A stretch of DNA of 64,000 nt, from contig CAZQUE010000014.1 of NCBI GenBank assembly GCA_964596185.1, forward strand, positions 5,576 through 69,575, written 5' to 3'. The notes under the pieces are model-generated. The model did not search any database. It was not told where the DNA came from and worked only from the letters and a program-made list of their open reading frames with translations. Numbering within the stretch: position 1 is the stretch's first letter; every line of letters begins with the position of its first letter. The stretch is from an uncultured bacterium (GTDB lineage: Bacteria; Muiribacteriota; Ozemobacteria; Ozemobacterales; Ozemobacteraceae). The position numbers were made by a program, and so were the translations under genes. Shown here piece by piece: positions 11,101 to 20,233 of the stretch.

Positions 11101-13684
11101 CGTCGAAACTATCGATGAAAACTGTCGCCCAAATGTTTTCTATTGTATGATCGCTCCGAATCGCCGCAATTCGTTTCCGGTTTACACAAGCCAGATCGAC
11201 AGCGATTATCCACGCACTTACTTTGGTTATACCAATATTAAAGTTCAAAATACTATCGATAGGCTCAATATTGCCATCGCTCCTGCAGAAGCGTCTGAAT
11301 TGTCTGCCAGACCCGGTGAAGAAACTGAAGTCAGCTTCAAGATAACTGATAAGAATGGCAGTCCGGCTGTTGCCGAAGTTGCAGTCTGTGTCGTTGACGA
11401 AGCGGTTTTGTCTTTGACTGGCTACGTTACTCCGGTTCTCGATGGACTGGCAGACTTCATGTTGCCGCTGACTGTATTTTCTGGTGATTTGCGCACTTCG
11501 TTGATCAGTCAGGAGCTTTTCCGGCTAATTTCTACCCGGGCTTTGACCGGTGGTGACGGTGGTGCCGGGAACATAAGCGCCGACCTCGATGTTCGAAAAG
11601 ATTTTCGACCGGTAGCTTTTTGGGCACCCGCTCTGAATCCCGACGCCAACGGAGAAATCAACATAAAATTCACATTGCCCGACAGTATGACTGCTTATCG
11701 CATTTATGCTGTGGCGGTCGATCGTGGTGCGGCATTTGCTTCTGCTCAGCGCCAACTTAAAGTTACCAAAGAATTTTATCTCGAACCGGGTTTGCCGAGG
11801 TTTCTTACTGCCGGTGATCAAGCCGTCTTTCCGGTTAATTTCTATAATAAGACTGACCAACAGGGTAACGCAACCTGGCAGGTTTTGCAGGCCGAAAACC
11901 TTTCAATGATGCCAATGCAGGGCGAAGTTGCCATGACCGGCTTTACCAATTCGCTTGCCAAGCTTGAGTTGCGTGCCGAAAACGGTGCCGGCGAAAGTAA
12001 GATTGTTCTTTCCGGTAAGTTCAATGGTTATACCGATGCAATCGAAAGAGTGCTGCCGGTTGAGCCGGCTGCCACGGTCATCAGCAGACTGATGTCGGGG
12101 CATTTCAAAAATTCTCATCAGTTCAAAGCGGAAATTCCCGAATACGTTGCTGGTTTAACAACCGCTCAGAAAGCCAAAACTCTTTCAGGTCGGCTGAATC
12201 TTTCTACCAGTAGATGGTCGCGCATTGTGCCGAGTTTGAATTATCTTCTTAGATATCCCTATGGTTGTCTGGAGCAGACCAGTTCAGCAATGATCCCTCT
12301 GGCGGCCATGCGTAACCTTATTAAAGAAGGAAAACTGCCGGGCGTAAGCCTTGAGCAGGTCGATGCATTCCTTGAAAAGGGAGTTAATCGGGTGTTGTCC
12401 ATGCAGCGTCCTTCAGGTGGTTTTGCATATTGGCCTGGCGAATACTATGAATCATGGTGGGCTACTCAGTATGCGGTTCTGGCTCTGACCATGACCAAAA
12501 AATCCGGATTCGCTTTTGATTATGCCACTCTAGATCGTGCTGTGAGTCATGTTCGTACCGGCCTGTTCTCTAGAAACTATGATGGTCGCTTTGACTACGG
12601 TGTCATGGCTATGGCGGTTGTCAATCTGGCAATGAACGGCAAAATAAAGCCTGCAGACCTTGACATTCTAAAAAATAGATTTGAATCTGTCGGTGGTGAG
12701 GCTTCGCCTTTATTGTTGCTTGCCGAGGCAATAAACGGACCGGTAGATAGCAAGGCTTTCAAAGCCAAACTGGCGAAGCTGAAAACTGAAAAGAAGTCGA
12801 TCGATCGAAGCTGGTATTATTCTTCGGTCAGGCAGAATGCTTTCGCTTTAATGGCTCTGGTCGACGGCAACGGCGATATGAAGCAGGCCGATGAATTTGC
12901 CGGTGAATTGCTTTCAACCCTTGGGCAAAAAGGTTACTGGAGTTCGACTGCCGATACTGGTATTGCCCTTCTGGCGCTGTCGCAATATTTCAATAAGTCT
13001 GATGTCGTTGAAAAAGACCAGATACAGATATCTTTGAAAACTGCTGCCGGTGAGAAAAATGTCGATGTCGACAAATACGGCTCGGTTGTCGAGCTTTCAG
13101 AAGCTGAGCTTTTTGAGAATATCGAGATTGCCTGCAAAGATAAGGTCTTACTCAACTGGAGCCTTGAATATACTTATCCCGACCAGGAAGATCGCAAAGA
13201 AAACCTGCAAAACGGCTTTTTGATCGAAAAAACTTTCAAGAATCTCAATGGCAGTGATGAAATTAGAGTGGGTGACCTGGTAAAGGTTTCTGTCGAATTT
13301 GAAGACAAGTTCCATAATGATGATAAATACTCGATTCTGCATTATCTTGCTCTTGAAGACCCGATTCCTGCAGGATTCATCGCCGTGAATTCTTCGTTGA
13401 AGAATGACAGTCTGCCGGCATCGGAACGGGACAATGAAGAAGCTTACTGCGGCTGGGAAAGAGGCGCCTGGAATTTCTATGCCGATCATCAGGAGATTCA
13501 AAACGATCGGCTTTTGGCCTTTAAAAACCGCTTCTGGTCAGGCCGTTTCCGACTGGTTTATTATTTGCGCGCCGTTTGTGAAGGAGAGTTCAAAATGAAG
13601 CCCACCCGTATTTCATTGATGTATGATCCTGAATTCAATGGCATGACGACCGCAGCCAAAATCCAGGTTTTACCGGTGAAATAA
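8105..13684 (+). CDS. Bacterial alpha-2-macroglobulin (YfhM/YfaS family)
   Basis: FTERGVYKQGETV (MG2), FQVQEF, AVCVVDEAVLSL, VRKDFRPVAFW, thioester motif YPYGCLEQ, ALEDPIPAGF, YYLRAVCEG; directly upstream of pbpC. Start placed at ATG 8105 from the SD. Confidence 0.92.
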   Translation: MIRNLTLRALTVCFFLTILGLGYVQAAGLGLTYQTSAAGSLQPSNWQLRLEFDRPVSIIELSKRVELQTNGRKAEFKVVNATDLGEPEASKALPSERYVFVLKPAKESEASGSCRIIIDEKLTSADKKSRLNKKHEIIFQTAVGTTLLGSEPYFNSKSDKGVRIYLSDRVKDYALKKQLRIFPPVGHFTVDRQYSRNRNEYHIAGKFITGQKYSVEILGGSTGEKEPVLNPCKFDFLSCGPKPEIRFAADRSVLELKSRQLVPLSFANVGNFRVQLMKVPAYFAPLFDALAIFPEVEEKRPTEVTSYRLEGDGKKAVEAAAAELDNLMLSCVNRFAELKKLPDVEKIVGLSEFLAPEFSSSSEGYMGSEDSDNEYFFSLPLDSRTDPTKGGGVIIRVNEADVENGQQASRLFQLTDLSIAYKFSRNEILLWVTSIESGKPLPGISTMLLTKDGLSIFPGKTDKDGLLIVKQDQEYPTISWKENTPEVAKTRPVITDLLVAAAASSDDSSFVRLSSNRFIPSSVNMAFPDQKSELGAKGHVFTERGVYKQGETVFWKATLREYINKTIQPVSGEKVLVRISDPRGEDIFDEELELSPFGTCNGSLDLKSYAPLGQYNLRLYRLIKTAKTNRKGLDPAWDFLMNRPPTKVEGKPGENTESEEVEALLTSTGFQVQEFEPPRHYVEINTRLDTRKVKVVVGQETDQPFVECRIKGLYYTGGPLRHAKVQWTAHLTERDNSQKDFPLFQFGYNEPFKDLIESGNSVLDKNGELIVAIPVSKEVLSGLNSIEISATVLDVDARPSTGVERFSHQPQFKVGIGKLPGSLAQGQEFPLQVLVLDQNSRKINSGEIKLEIMRKKWFYTQKRDANGGIYYHWASGWMRNQSATAQIKGDFATFDLILAEGGDYMVQATYKNADAEYKSAYSFYVDYSFSSFDDLNNVSRVRSDNEIILLADKSVAAINEKVKIRYSLPAVCEFALLTAETDGILRARVVKLDRAQGEFVETIDENCRPNVFYCMIAPNRRNSFPVYTSQIDSDYPRTYFGYTNIKVQNTIDRLNIAIAPAEASELSARPGEETEVSFKITDKNGSPAVAEVAVCVVDEAVLSLTGYVTPVLDGLADFMLPLTVFSGDLRTSLISQELFRLISTRALTGGDGGAGNISADLDVRKDFRPVAFWAPALNPDANGEINIKFTLPDSMTAYRIYAVAVDRGAAFASAQRQLKVTKEFYLEPGLPRFLTAGDQAVFPVNFYNKTDQQGNATWQVLQAENLSMMPMQGEVAMTGFTNSLAKLELRAENGAGESKIVLSGKFNGYTDAIERVLPVEPAATVISRLMSGHFKNSHQFKAEIPEYVAGLTTAQKAKTLSGRLNLSTSRWSRIVPSLNYLLRYPYGCLEQTSSAMIPLAAMRNLIKEGKLPGVSLEQVDAFLEKGVNRVLSMQRPSGGFAYWPGEYYESWWATQYAVLALTMTKKSGFAFDYATLDRAVSHVRTGLFSRNYDGRFDYGVMAMAVVNLAMNGKIKPADLDILKNRFESVGGEASPLLLLAEAINGPVDSKAFKAKLAKLKTEKKSIDRSWYYSSVRQNAFALMALVDGNGDMKQADEFAGELLSTLGQKGYWSSTADTGIALLALSQYFNKSDVVEKDQIQISLKTAAGEKNVDVDKYGSVVELSEAELFENIEIACKDKVLLNWSLEYTYPDQEDRKENLQNGFLIEKTFKNLNGSDEIRVGDLVKVSVEFEDKFHNDDKYSILHYLALEDPIPAGFIAVNSSLKNDSLPASERDNEEAYCGWERGAWNFYADHQEIQNDRLLAFKNRFWSGRFRLVYYLRAVCEGEFKMKPTRISLMYDPEFNGMTTAAKIQVLPVK

Positions 13685-13687
13685 GGT

Positions 13688-16054
13688 TTGTTGAAAAAGA
13701 GACTGCTCTGGATAGTTGTGGCAGCAGCCTTGTTCCTGTCTGGAACCTGGCTGCTGCGTTCTTTCTGGCTTCCGTGGCTGGTTGACGACCCGGGACCTCT
13801 ACTGACCAAACGCTTTTCTTCCGGCGGTGCCTGGCTCGACCGGCAAAAAAATCCTTTACGTCTTTATGCAGATGATAACGGCGATTTTTTTTGTTATTCA
13901 CCATTGGCGAGTCATTCGTCGAATATTTTCAATGCATTGTTAACTGCTGAAGATCGAGGTTTTTTCGAACACCCGGGTTTCGACACGGTTGCGATTGGCC
14001 GGGCATTTTGGCAAAACCTGACCAACCTGAAGGTTGTCTCGGGAGCCTCGACCATTTCTCAACAGCTGATCCGTATTTTAAAACCAAGACCCAGAACCGT
14101 TCCCAGTAAAATTGTTGAATTGTTCGAGGCTCTGCGGCTTGAAGATGCTTATTCCAAAAATGAGATTCTCGAGTTCTATGTTAACACAGTGCCGATGTTT
14201 GGGAATGTCAGAGGTTTTTATCTTGCTTCTTTGCTTCTTTTCAAAAAAACTCCGGACTTGCTGAGTCTGGCCGAGTCGGCAACTTTGGCTGCGCTGGTGC
14301 AGTCGCCGGGGCGTCTTTCACCATTCAACGCTGCCGGGAATAAAAGGCTGAGAAAGCGACGCGACTGGATTATCAGAGAAATGCTTGCTCTCGGTTTTTG
14401 TCGTGCAGATCAGGCACAGGAAGCGATCTCGACCAATATTCCTGAATATCGTTCACAATTTCCTTTCAAGGCCCCGCATTTTTGTGATCTGTTGACTCAG
14501 AGTAGGGGGAAGCCGCGAGGGAACCAGATTACGACTATTTCCCAGCCATTACAGGATTTGCTTCAGGATTCTTTGAAGGCCCATCTGCCAAGGCTGGCAC
14601 GATATGGAGCCAGACAGGCCTGCGGCATGATTGTCGACGCAAGAAAAATGGAAATTCTTGCGCTTGCCGGTTCTGTTGAATTTGGGCCAATTGCGGCAGG
14701 GTTCAATAATGGCTGTGTTGCGAGGCGTTCCGGGGGGTCTATTCTAAAACCTTTTCTTTATGCACTTGCGTTTGAGCAGGGCCTCTACCCATCTTTCGTC
14801 ATTGCCGATACCATGCAGCCTTTCAAAACGCCGCAGGGAGAATACTTGCCTTACAATGCCGATCGTCGCGACTATGGGCCGGTAACTATCAGAAACGCTC
14901 TTGGCAACAGCCTCAATGTTTCAGCGGTAAAAATGCTCAACATCGTGGGAATCAAAGACTTCTTTCATCTGCTTGTAGAACTTGAACTGCTTGATTCATT
15001 CAGTGGCGCAGCAGATTTTTTCGGTCTGGGCCTGGCTATCGGCAACCCGGAAATTCGAATGGTCGATCTGGTCAGGGCTTATGGCGTTCTGGTCAATGAA
15101 GGACGTCTTAGAAGTCTGTCTTTTCTTGCCAACGACAAGATCGTTGAAAAACAGGCGATAAGTCCGGGCAGTGCCTATTTGATTTTTGATATTCTTTCAG
15201 ACCCGGCAGCAAGGCTGCTGACTTTTGGTACTCCTGCCTTTTTCAAATTTTCTTCCCGCTGGGCTTTGAAAACAGGTACGAGCACGAATTATCGTGACAG
15301 CTGGCTTGTTGCCTGTAACAGGAGCTTCATCATTGCCTTATGGGTTGGAAATTTCGATGGAACACCGACTCGCAGCCTTTCTGGTGCCAGCGCCTGTGGC
15401 CCGGTTGTAAAAAACATTGTCAGTGCGCTGGAAGCCTCGGGAAATATTGAGCCGGTTCCGGTTCCAGCTGAAATCAGCAGAGTCAAAGTTTGTTCTATTT
15501 CCGGGCAAAAGCCTGGTTCTTTTTGTAGACTGACGGGTTTTGATCTGGTCGATGGAGATGCAGATTCTTTGCCAGAGTGCCAGTTTCATCGTTCTGAAAA
15601 ACTGGGTCATGAACTGCCTGCCGATTATGCGCGTTGGATTCAGCATCGTGCCAGAGTCAACGATGCTGACCCATTTCAGCTGCTGGGAAACCTTAGAAGT
15701 CCTGATGCCTGGCGAATATTTGGATTACCGTCAGAATCCGAACCGGTTGCTTTGGCTTCAGGCCCGATAGTTTTGCAAGGTGAACCGGAAAATGCCGGCT
15801 GGAACAACATTAAAATCGTGGCTCCCCATGATGGCGATCGATTTATTCTTGCAGCTTACGACAATTTTCTGCACTTAAGAGCAATACCTGAGCAGCCGGT
15901 TGAAGAGATTATATGGCTGGTCAACGGCAGTGAATTCATTCGTACTCCTCCCCCTTATGAGGCTTATTGGCCAATGCGCGAAGGCAAAATTCGCATAACT
16001 GCTTTGAGCTCAGGTGAGGCGGCGGCAGAGGTTGAAATTCTTATCGAGCGTTGA
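13688..16054 (+). CDS. pbpC: Penicillin-binding protein 1C
   Basis: Transglycosylase EDRGFFEHPG, GASTISQQL; transpeptidase SILK, SLN, KTGTS; C-terminal PBP1C-type domain; canonical pairing with a2M. Confidence 0.9.
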   Translation: MLKKRLLWIVVAAALFLSGTWLLRSFWLPWLVDDPGPLLTKRFSSGGAWLDRQKNPLRLYADDNGDFFCYSPLASHSSNIFNALLTAEDRGFFEHPGFDTVAIGRAFWQNLTNLKVVSGASTISQQLIRILKPRPRTVPSKIVELFEALRLEDAYSKNEILEFYVNTVPMFGNVRGFYLASLLLFKKTPDLLSLAESATLAALVQSPGRLSPFNAAGNKRLRKRRDWIIREMLALGFCRADQAQEAISTNIPEYRSQFPFKAPHFCDLLTQSRGKPRGNQITTISQPLQDLLQDSLKAHLPRLARYGARQACGMIVDARKMEILALAGSVEFGPIAAGFNNGCVARRSGGSILKPFLYALAFEQGLYPSFVIADTMQPFKTPQGEYLPYNADRRDYGPVTIRNALGNSLNVSAVKMLNIVGIKDFFHLLVELELLDSFSGAADFFGLGLAIGNPEIRMVDLVRAYGVLVNEGRLRSLSFLANDKIVEKQAISPGSAYLIFDILSDPAARLLTFGTPAFFKFSSRWALKTGTSTNYRDSWLVACNRSFIIALWVGNFDGTPTRSLSGASACGPVVKNIVSALEASGNIEPVPVPAEISRVKVCSISGQKPGSFCRLTGFDLVDGDADSLPECQFHRSEKLGHELPADYARWIQHRARVNDADPFQLLGNLRSPDAWRIFGLPSESEPVALASGPIVLQGEPENAGWNNIKIVAPHDGDRFILAAYDNFLHLRAIPEQPVEEIIWLVNGSEFIRTPPPYEAYWPMREGKIRITALSSGEAAAEVEILIER

Positions 16055-16055
16055 G

Positions 16056-17306
16056 CTAGAGGGCTTCCCAGGCCTGTTGATATTTGCTTTTTTCAGCTGA
16101 GCCAACGGTTAAGCCAAGCGATGAAAGCTCTTTCGCAATAACTTCTGATATGGTGCGCACATCCTCTAGAAAAAACTGTTTCGTTTTTTTCAATCTTTCT
16201 GTTTCAGCCTCATTTTTACTTTGACTTAGCAGATATGAAATTGCCGATTCGATGTTGCGTTCAAGCTCGAATTCGGCTTCGGTAAAATGCGCCATCGGCT
16301 TAAGCTCATTCTTCAGGCGTTTTCGAAGTCTTGGCGTGAGAGAATTGCAACTGATCGCCATTCTCGATTGGAGATATGTGTTGAGAAAATCGCTCGCATT
16401 ATATATTTCAGAACTGTCAAGGGTTGTCAGGATTACCTGGTCTGCGTTAACTGCTGAGCCAAAGCCCTTTTGAGCAGAAATCATGCCGAACTCGTTTTTC
16501 AGGCCGAGATGAACCCTCCTTCTTGTGGTAACCACAACCAGAGAAGGTTTGAGGCTTATATCTTCACTTATTTGCAGCTTTGTCTGGAGATGCCTGGCAT
16601 ATTCATGGGTGGTCATGACGTTGTGCTGGCGAAAAACACCGGTTATCGCAGGTTTAATATATTCCTCGAATGGCCATGGCGGTGGCGGGCATGAATTATC
16701 GGCTTTAAAAGGGAAAGATTCGTTTCGGTATTCGAATCTTGTTTCAAGGCAATTGTTGAAAGAATCTTTCCAGGCCTCGGTATAGATTTTCAGTTGATAT
16801 TCGCAACGGTGCGGAAAATCCGCGGGATTTTCGCTGCCGAGTAGATAACGAAAAAGTGCTGACCTTGAATGCCAACGGTAGCGAACACGATAAGATATTC
16901 CATTATGGTAATTCAGGCCCTGTTCATTATCGAGATAGATGTCGAGAAAACAGAACGTACCCATGCCAACCTTCATCAGGTAGTAATTGGAATCGGTAAT
17001 CTGCGGAGCCTGCCAAAGCAGATCGTTGTTCAGTCCCCTGGCAATGGCACTTTTTATTTTGGCGATTAGATAGGAGTTTTTACCAAGAAGATATGCCGAG
17101 CCTAAAACCGGTCTCTTAAATTCGTTTTCTTCGCGTGGCGGAGTGCCTTCGGGCAGTTTTTCAAGAATTTCAGAAATCCTGACTTTTGCCGCAAAATCAT
17201 GGTAATCAATTGAGTCTGCAAAAGAGAAAAATGGTATATTGAAGAACATGAACGCAAGAATCATGACAAATTCAAATCTGCTTTTGTTTCTGCTGATGCT
17301 ATTCAT
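16056..17306 (-). CDS. CYTH / triphosphate-tunnel metalloenzyme-like protein with probable signal peptide (start could be 17264 or 17249)
   Basis: ENEFK (ExExK), DIYLD...SYRVRYR, TTRRRV, EAEFELE, C-terminal KSKY; hydrophobic N-terminus ending SFA-D. Confidence 0.6.
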   Translation of the reverse strand: MNSISRNKSRFEFVMILAFMFFNIPFFSFADSIDYHDFAAKVRISEILEKLPEGTPPREENEFKRPVLGSAYLLGKNSYLIAKIKSAIARGLNNDLLWQAPQITDSNYYLMKVGMGTFCFLDIYLDNEQGLNYHNGISYRVRYRWHSRSALFRYLLGSENPADFPHRCEYQLKIYTEAWKDSFNNCLETRFEYRNESFPFKADNSCPPPPWPFEEYIKPAITGVFRQHNVMTTHEYARHLQTKLQISEDISLKPSLVVVTTRRRVHLGLKNEFGMISAQKGFGSAVNADQVILTTLDSSEIYNASDFLNTYLQSRMAISCNSLTPRLRKRLKNELKPMAHFTEAEFELERNIESAISYLLSQSKNEAETERLKKTKQFFLEDVRTISEVIAKELSSLGLTVGSAEKSKYQQAWEAL

Positions 17307-17841
17307 GGCGAACCTTTCTTTTGCGGGCGATCTAAAACAGGATCTAGAGTATTACCAGGAACAACTTCGGCAGAACCCGAAAGATCCCAACGTCAATTAT
17401 AACATGGGGCAGGTTTATTTCTTCATGGGCAAAACTGATGAAGCGATCCGCTATCTCGAGCGAGCTATTTACCTCAACGATAAAGACAATGAAGCCATGC
17501 TCAAACTTGCTTCCATTTACCGAAAAATCGGCCATCTATCCGAGGCTTTGCGGTTGTTGAAAAATGCTGCCCGGATCGATGATTCAAATAGTGAAATCTG
17601 GTATGAAACCGGGGTCGTGTATTCTGATCTGGCTGATTATCAGGCTGGCATAGAAGCCTTTCAAAAAGCTTTGCATTTAAGTCGTTCCGAGGAACAGAAA
17701 TTCCTGATAATCTATTATACTGGTCTGCTGCATCTAAGTAATCGTGACTGGGAAAACTATTCCGATTGTCTGCGGCGCTTGCGGCCGGCTCCAAGCTATT
17801 ACAGTGAACTTGAAAAACTTGGGCGACTTTGGAAAAATTGA
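17239..17841 (+). CDS. Exported tetratricopeptide-repeat protein (start could be 17248, 17263 or 17296)
   Basis: Repeated TPR patterns (NPKDPNVNYNMGQVYF, AMLKLASIY, IWYETGVVY...AGIEAFQKAL); signal-like N-terminus ending SFA-G. Confidence 0.8.
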   Translation: MKNMNARIMTNSNLLLFLLMLFMANLSFAGDLKQDLEYYQEQLRQNPKDPNVNYNMGQVYFFMGKTDEAIRYLERAIYLNDKDNEAMLKLASIYRKIGHLSEALRLLKNAARIDDSNSEIWYETGVVYSDLADYQAGIEAFQKALHLSRSEEQKFLIIYYTGLLHLSNRDWENYSDCLRRLRPAPSYYSELEKLGRLWKN

Positions 17842-18503
17842 TGCTGAATTGCCGTTGCGTATTTTGAATAGCTGATCTGCTCAATTTGCAAGTTTTGTAA
17901 TAACTGAATTATTGATTGAGGAATTCCTGTATAGGATTTTATTTCGAAGATTATCGGCTGCTTTTGCATCATTGAAATTGCCGACATGTTTATGCTGGCG
18001 AGATCATTGAGTAGTTGCGGTGAAAAGCTTGCAAAACCCTGATCAAATGTAAGTCTAAACCCGAAATTTTCCGGGCTCATCCAGGCTTTTCTCCGGTAAA
18101 AAACGGTTGTTGTTGGCTTCAGCAGCAACTTGAATTGTTTTAAGCGCTCGTTTAAGTCTAGGTTTGTGGCGAAATTTTCTATCTCAGATAAGTTGAGAGT
18201 AGAGCTGGTTTTGCTAACCAGGTTGCCATTTCTTTCTTTCTGCTCAAGTGTCGGGGAATGCCAGCTCCCCTCGCCGGGCCGGTAAGCTCGCAGCCTTATT
18301 TTCCTTTTGCTGAATTCGCCATTGATTTTGTCGTGATAAAATTTAAGATGTGGAGTGTCGAAGTATATACTAAGAATATCGTAAGCCCCGGCAATGCCAT
18401 TTTTGTCCGGGATACAAAACTGGCTGATCGATTTTTCCAATTCAATCATTTGTTTTAAGGTGATAAAAAATTTTAACTCGTAATAGGGTTTGATTCGACT
18501 CAT
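17799..18503 (-). CDS. VTC (polyphosphate polymerase) domain protein
   Basis: YELKF, SIYFDTP, KRKIRLRAY, LEQK, FYRRKAW, RLTFD, FEIK, YSKY. Start set at ATG 18503, overlapping the CotH stop (ATGA). Confidence 0.85.
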   Translation of the reverse strand: MSRIKPYYELKFFITLKQMIELEKSISQFCIPDKNGIAGAYDILSIYFDTPHLKFYHDKINGEFSKRKIRLRAYRPGEGSWHSPTLEQKERNGNLVSKTSSTLNLSEIENFATNLDLNERLKQFKLLLKPTTTVFYRRKAWMSPENFGFRLTFDQGFASFSPQLLNDLASINMSAISMMQKQPIIFEIKSYTGIPQSIIQLLQNLQIEQISYSKYATAIQHQFFQSRPSFSSSL

Positions 18504-20233
18504 TTCTTGAGGTCCTGCCATGGATGGATTACCTTTGCGCAAGGTAAGGCTGAATATTCATCTGTTGGATTGTCTACTTTTACTTCTATTGCCGAACCAG
18601 TAACGGCATTTCGGCAACTCCTGGTAAAGCTCTGCAAGAAATCTTCCAGTCTGCTTTCTTCAACTCCGATGACGTAGGTCTGATAATCAGGTTCCAGTAT
18701 GAAATTGCAGTATCGTCTTTCAAGAAGCAGCCAATGGGGAACCTGGTGAACGCTTTCTTTCAATCCCGGATGCAGGATTAAAGAAGAAAAAAAGGTTTTT
18801 TCAACCTTATCCAATTCTCCGTCAAAGTCCAGGTCTGGCAGAATATCTGACGAGTAATCGCCAAGTTCGCACAGTGTTGCGCATTGTCCGGCAGTTCTAA
18901 TTAAAACATGGCGGAATTTTCTATTCTCAATATTGCTGAAAGAATTGGTGACCATAATATGGGTTTCGTTTCGATCGAGCTCTGCTAGCAGAAATTCCCT
19001 GCGTTCATTCATGAAACTTAGCAGTCTTTTGCCGTCTGTTATCTGTGTTTGCGGTGAAACCGGTATTTTTCGTGAAAACAGAACCAACGGTATGTTTATT
19101 AAGGCGCTGGCGTAGGGCTCTTTGAAATACAGTGGTTTGAGAATCTTGAGATATTCTTCGACCAGAGAAGCGAGTTTTTCCGGAGCCAGTTCATTTTGCA
19201 GCAATTTGTAAAGCTCCAGGTTTCTTTTGTGCTGAAATTGCGGAATCCGAAAAAGAGCGTTTTGTAATGGTGTCAGGAATTCATTGACGGGTACTTCGAC
19301 ATCTATTTTTTCATGCTGGCCGGCCATGGCGGTGATGACGCCAAAGCCAGTCGAGTCGGCGATAGCGGGGAAGGCTTTTCCAGAATCATGATCAAAAATC
19401 AACAGGTTGCCGAGAAAATCATTGGTATGAATGCTGGCAATGGCGGTCATAAGAGCAGACCACCTGGCAAAAAAGACGTAATCGACCACTTGTTCGAGGT
19501 CTCGGACTCGAGTTAGTTCAACTGGGGTTGAAACCGATTCAAGTATTGTTTGAAGAGCTTTTTGCGCTTCTTTCTGTTTTTGTGGATCAGCGCTTTCTAT
19601 TTCCCAGAGGTCGTGTTGATGCCACATTCGCAGATTTCTAAGATTTCCTTCGATTATGCTATGGTTTTTAAATCCCTGATTGTTCAATGTTGCCAGGTTG
19701 ATCGGTTCAGCCTGATGATAAAGGCCTTTATAATCGCCGTTTAGTGTAATCGTGCAGATGCGGGTTCTTGGCGAGGGTAAGCCCTTGTCGTTGGCGATGT
19801 TGTCAGCTAATAGATTGGCAAGCATCGAGGCATCATCTGGATTTATGAAATCTACGATAAGATTGTTGGTGATTTTTAAATTTTCAGGTAATCTCAACCT
19901 CATTGAAGGTTTTCTGAAATCCCAATTCCAGGCATGTGTGCCTCTTATTCGTAGTGATGCACGCTTTTTGACTGGTAGTCTGTTAACCGTGAATTCAGCA
20001 TTCACAAAGGTATAGAGGCTGTGAGGTCTGTCAGAAAACCAGAAAGAAAAGTCTTCAAGGGTTACGCCTATGGTAAAGTGGTCGCAAGCAAATGGCTGGT
20101 AATGACCTTCAGAGATCTTTTCGGGTCGGGATGGATCAAGCTTCTCTGGCAGTAAAAAGTAGAGCAGAACGACCAAAAATCCTGCCAGTAAAAGCCTGAA
20201 CTGCAGGCTACGGTGATCGGCAAAACCCTTCAT
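18500..20233 (-). CDS. CotH-family kinase-like protein with N-terminal membrane anchor
   Basis: IRGTHAW...KPSMRL, YKGLYHQAEPI, HTNDFLGN; lies between DUF4956 and VTC genes, the known context of CotH homologues. Confidence 0.7.
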   Translation of the reverse strand: MKGFADHRSLQFRLLLAGFLVVLLYFLLPEKLDPSRPEKISEGHYQPFACDHFTIGVTLEDFSFWFSDRPHSLYTFVNAEFTVNRLPVKKRASLRIRGTHAWNWDFRKPSMRLRLPENLKITNNLIVDFINPDDASMLANLLADNIANDKGLPSPRTRICTITLNGDYKGLYHQAEPINLATLNNQGFKNHSIIEGNLRNLRMWHQHDLWEIESADPQKQKEAQKALQTILESVSTPVELTRVRDLEQVVDYVFFARWSALMTAIASIHTNDFLGNLLIFDHDSGKAFPAIADSTGFGVITAMAGQHEKIDVEVPVNEFLTPLQNALFRIPQFQHKRNLELYKLLQNELAPEKLASLVEEYLKILKPLYFKEPYASALINIPLVLFSRKIPVSPQTQITDGKRLLSFMNERREFLLAELDRNETHIMVTNSFSNIENRKFRHVLIRTAGQCATLCELGDYSSDILPDLDFDGELDKVEKTFFSSLILHPGLKESVHQVPHWLLLERRYCNFILEPDYQTYVIGVEESRLEDFLQSFTRSCRNAVTGSAIEVKVDNPTDEYSALPCAKVIHPWQDLKK

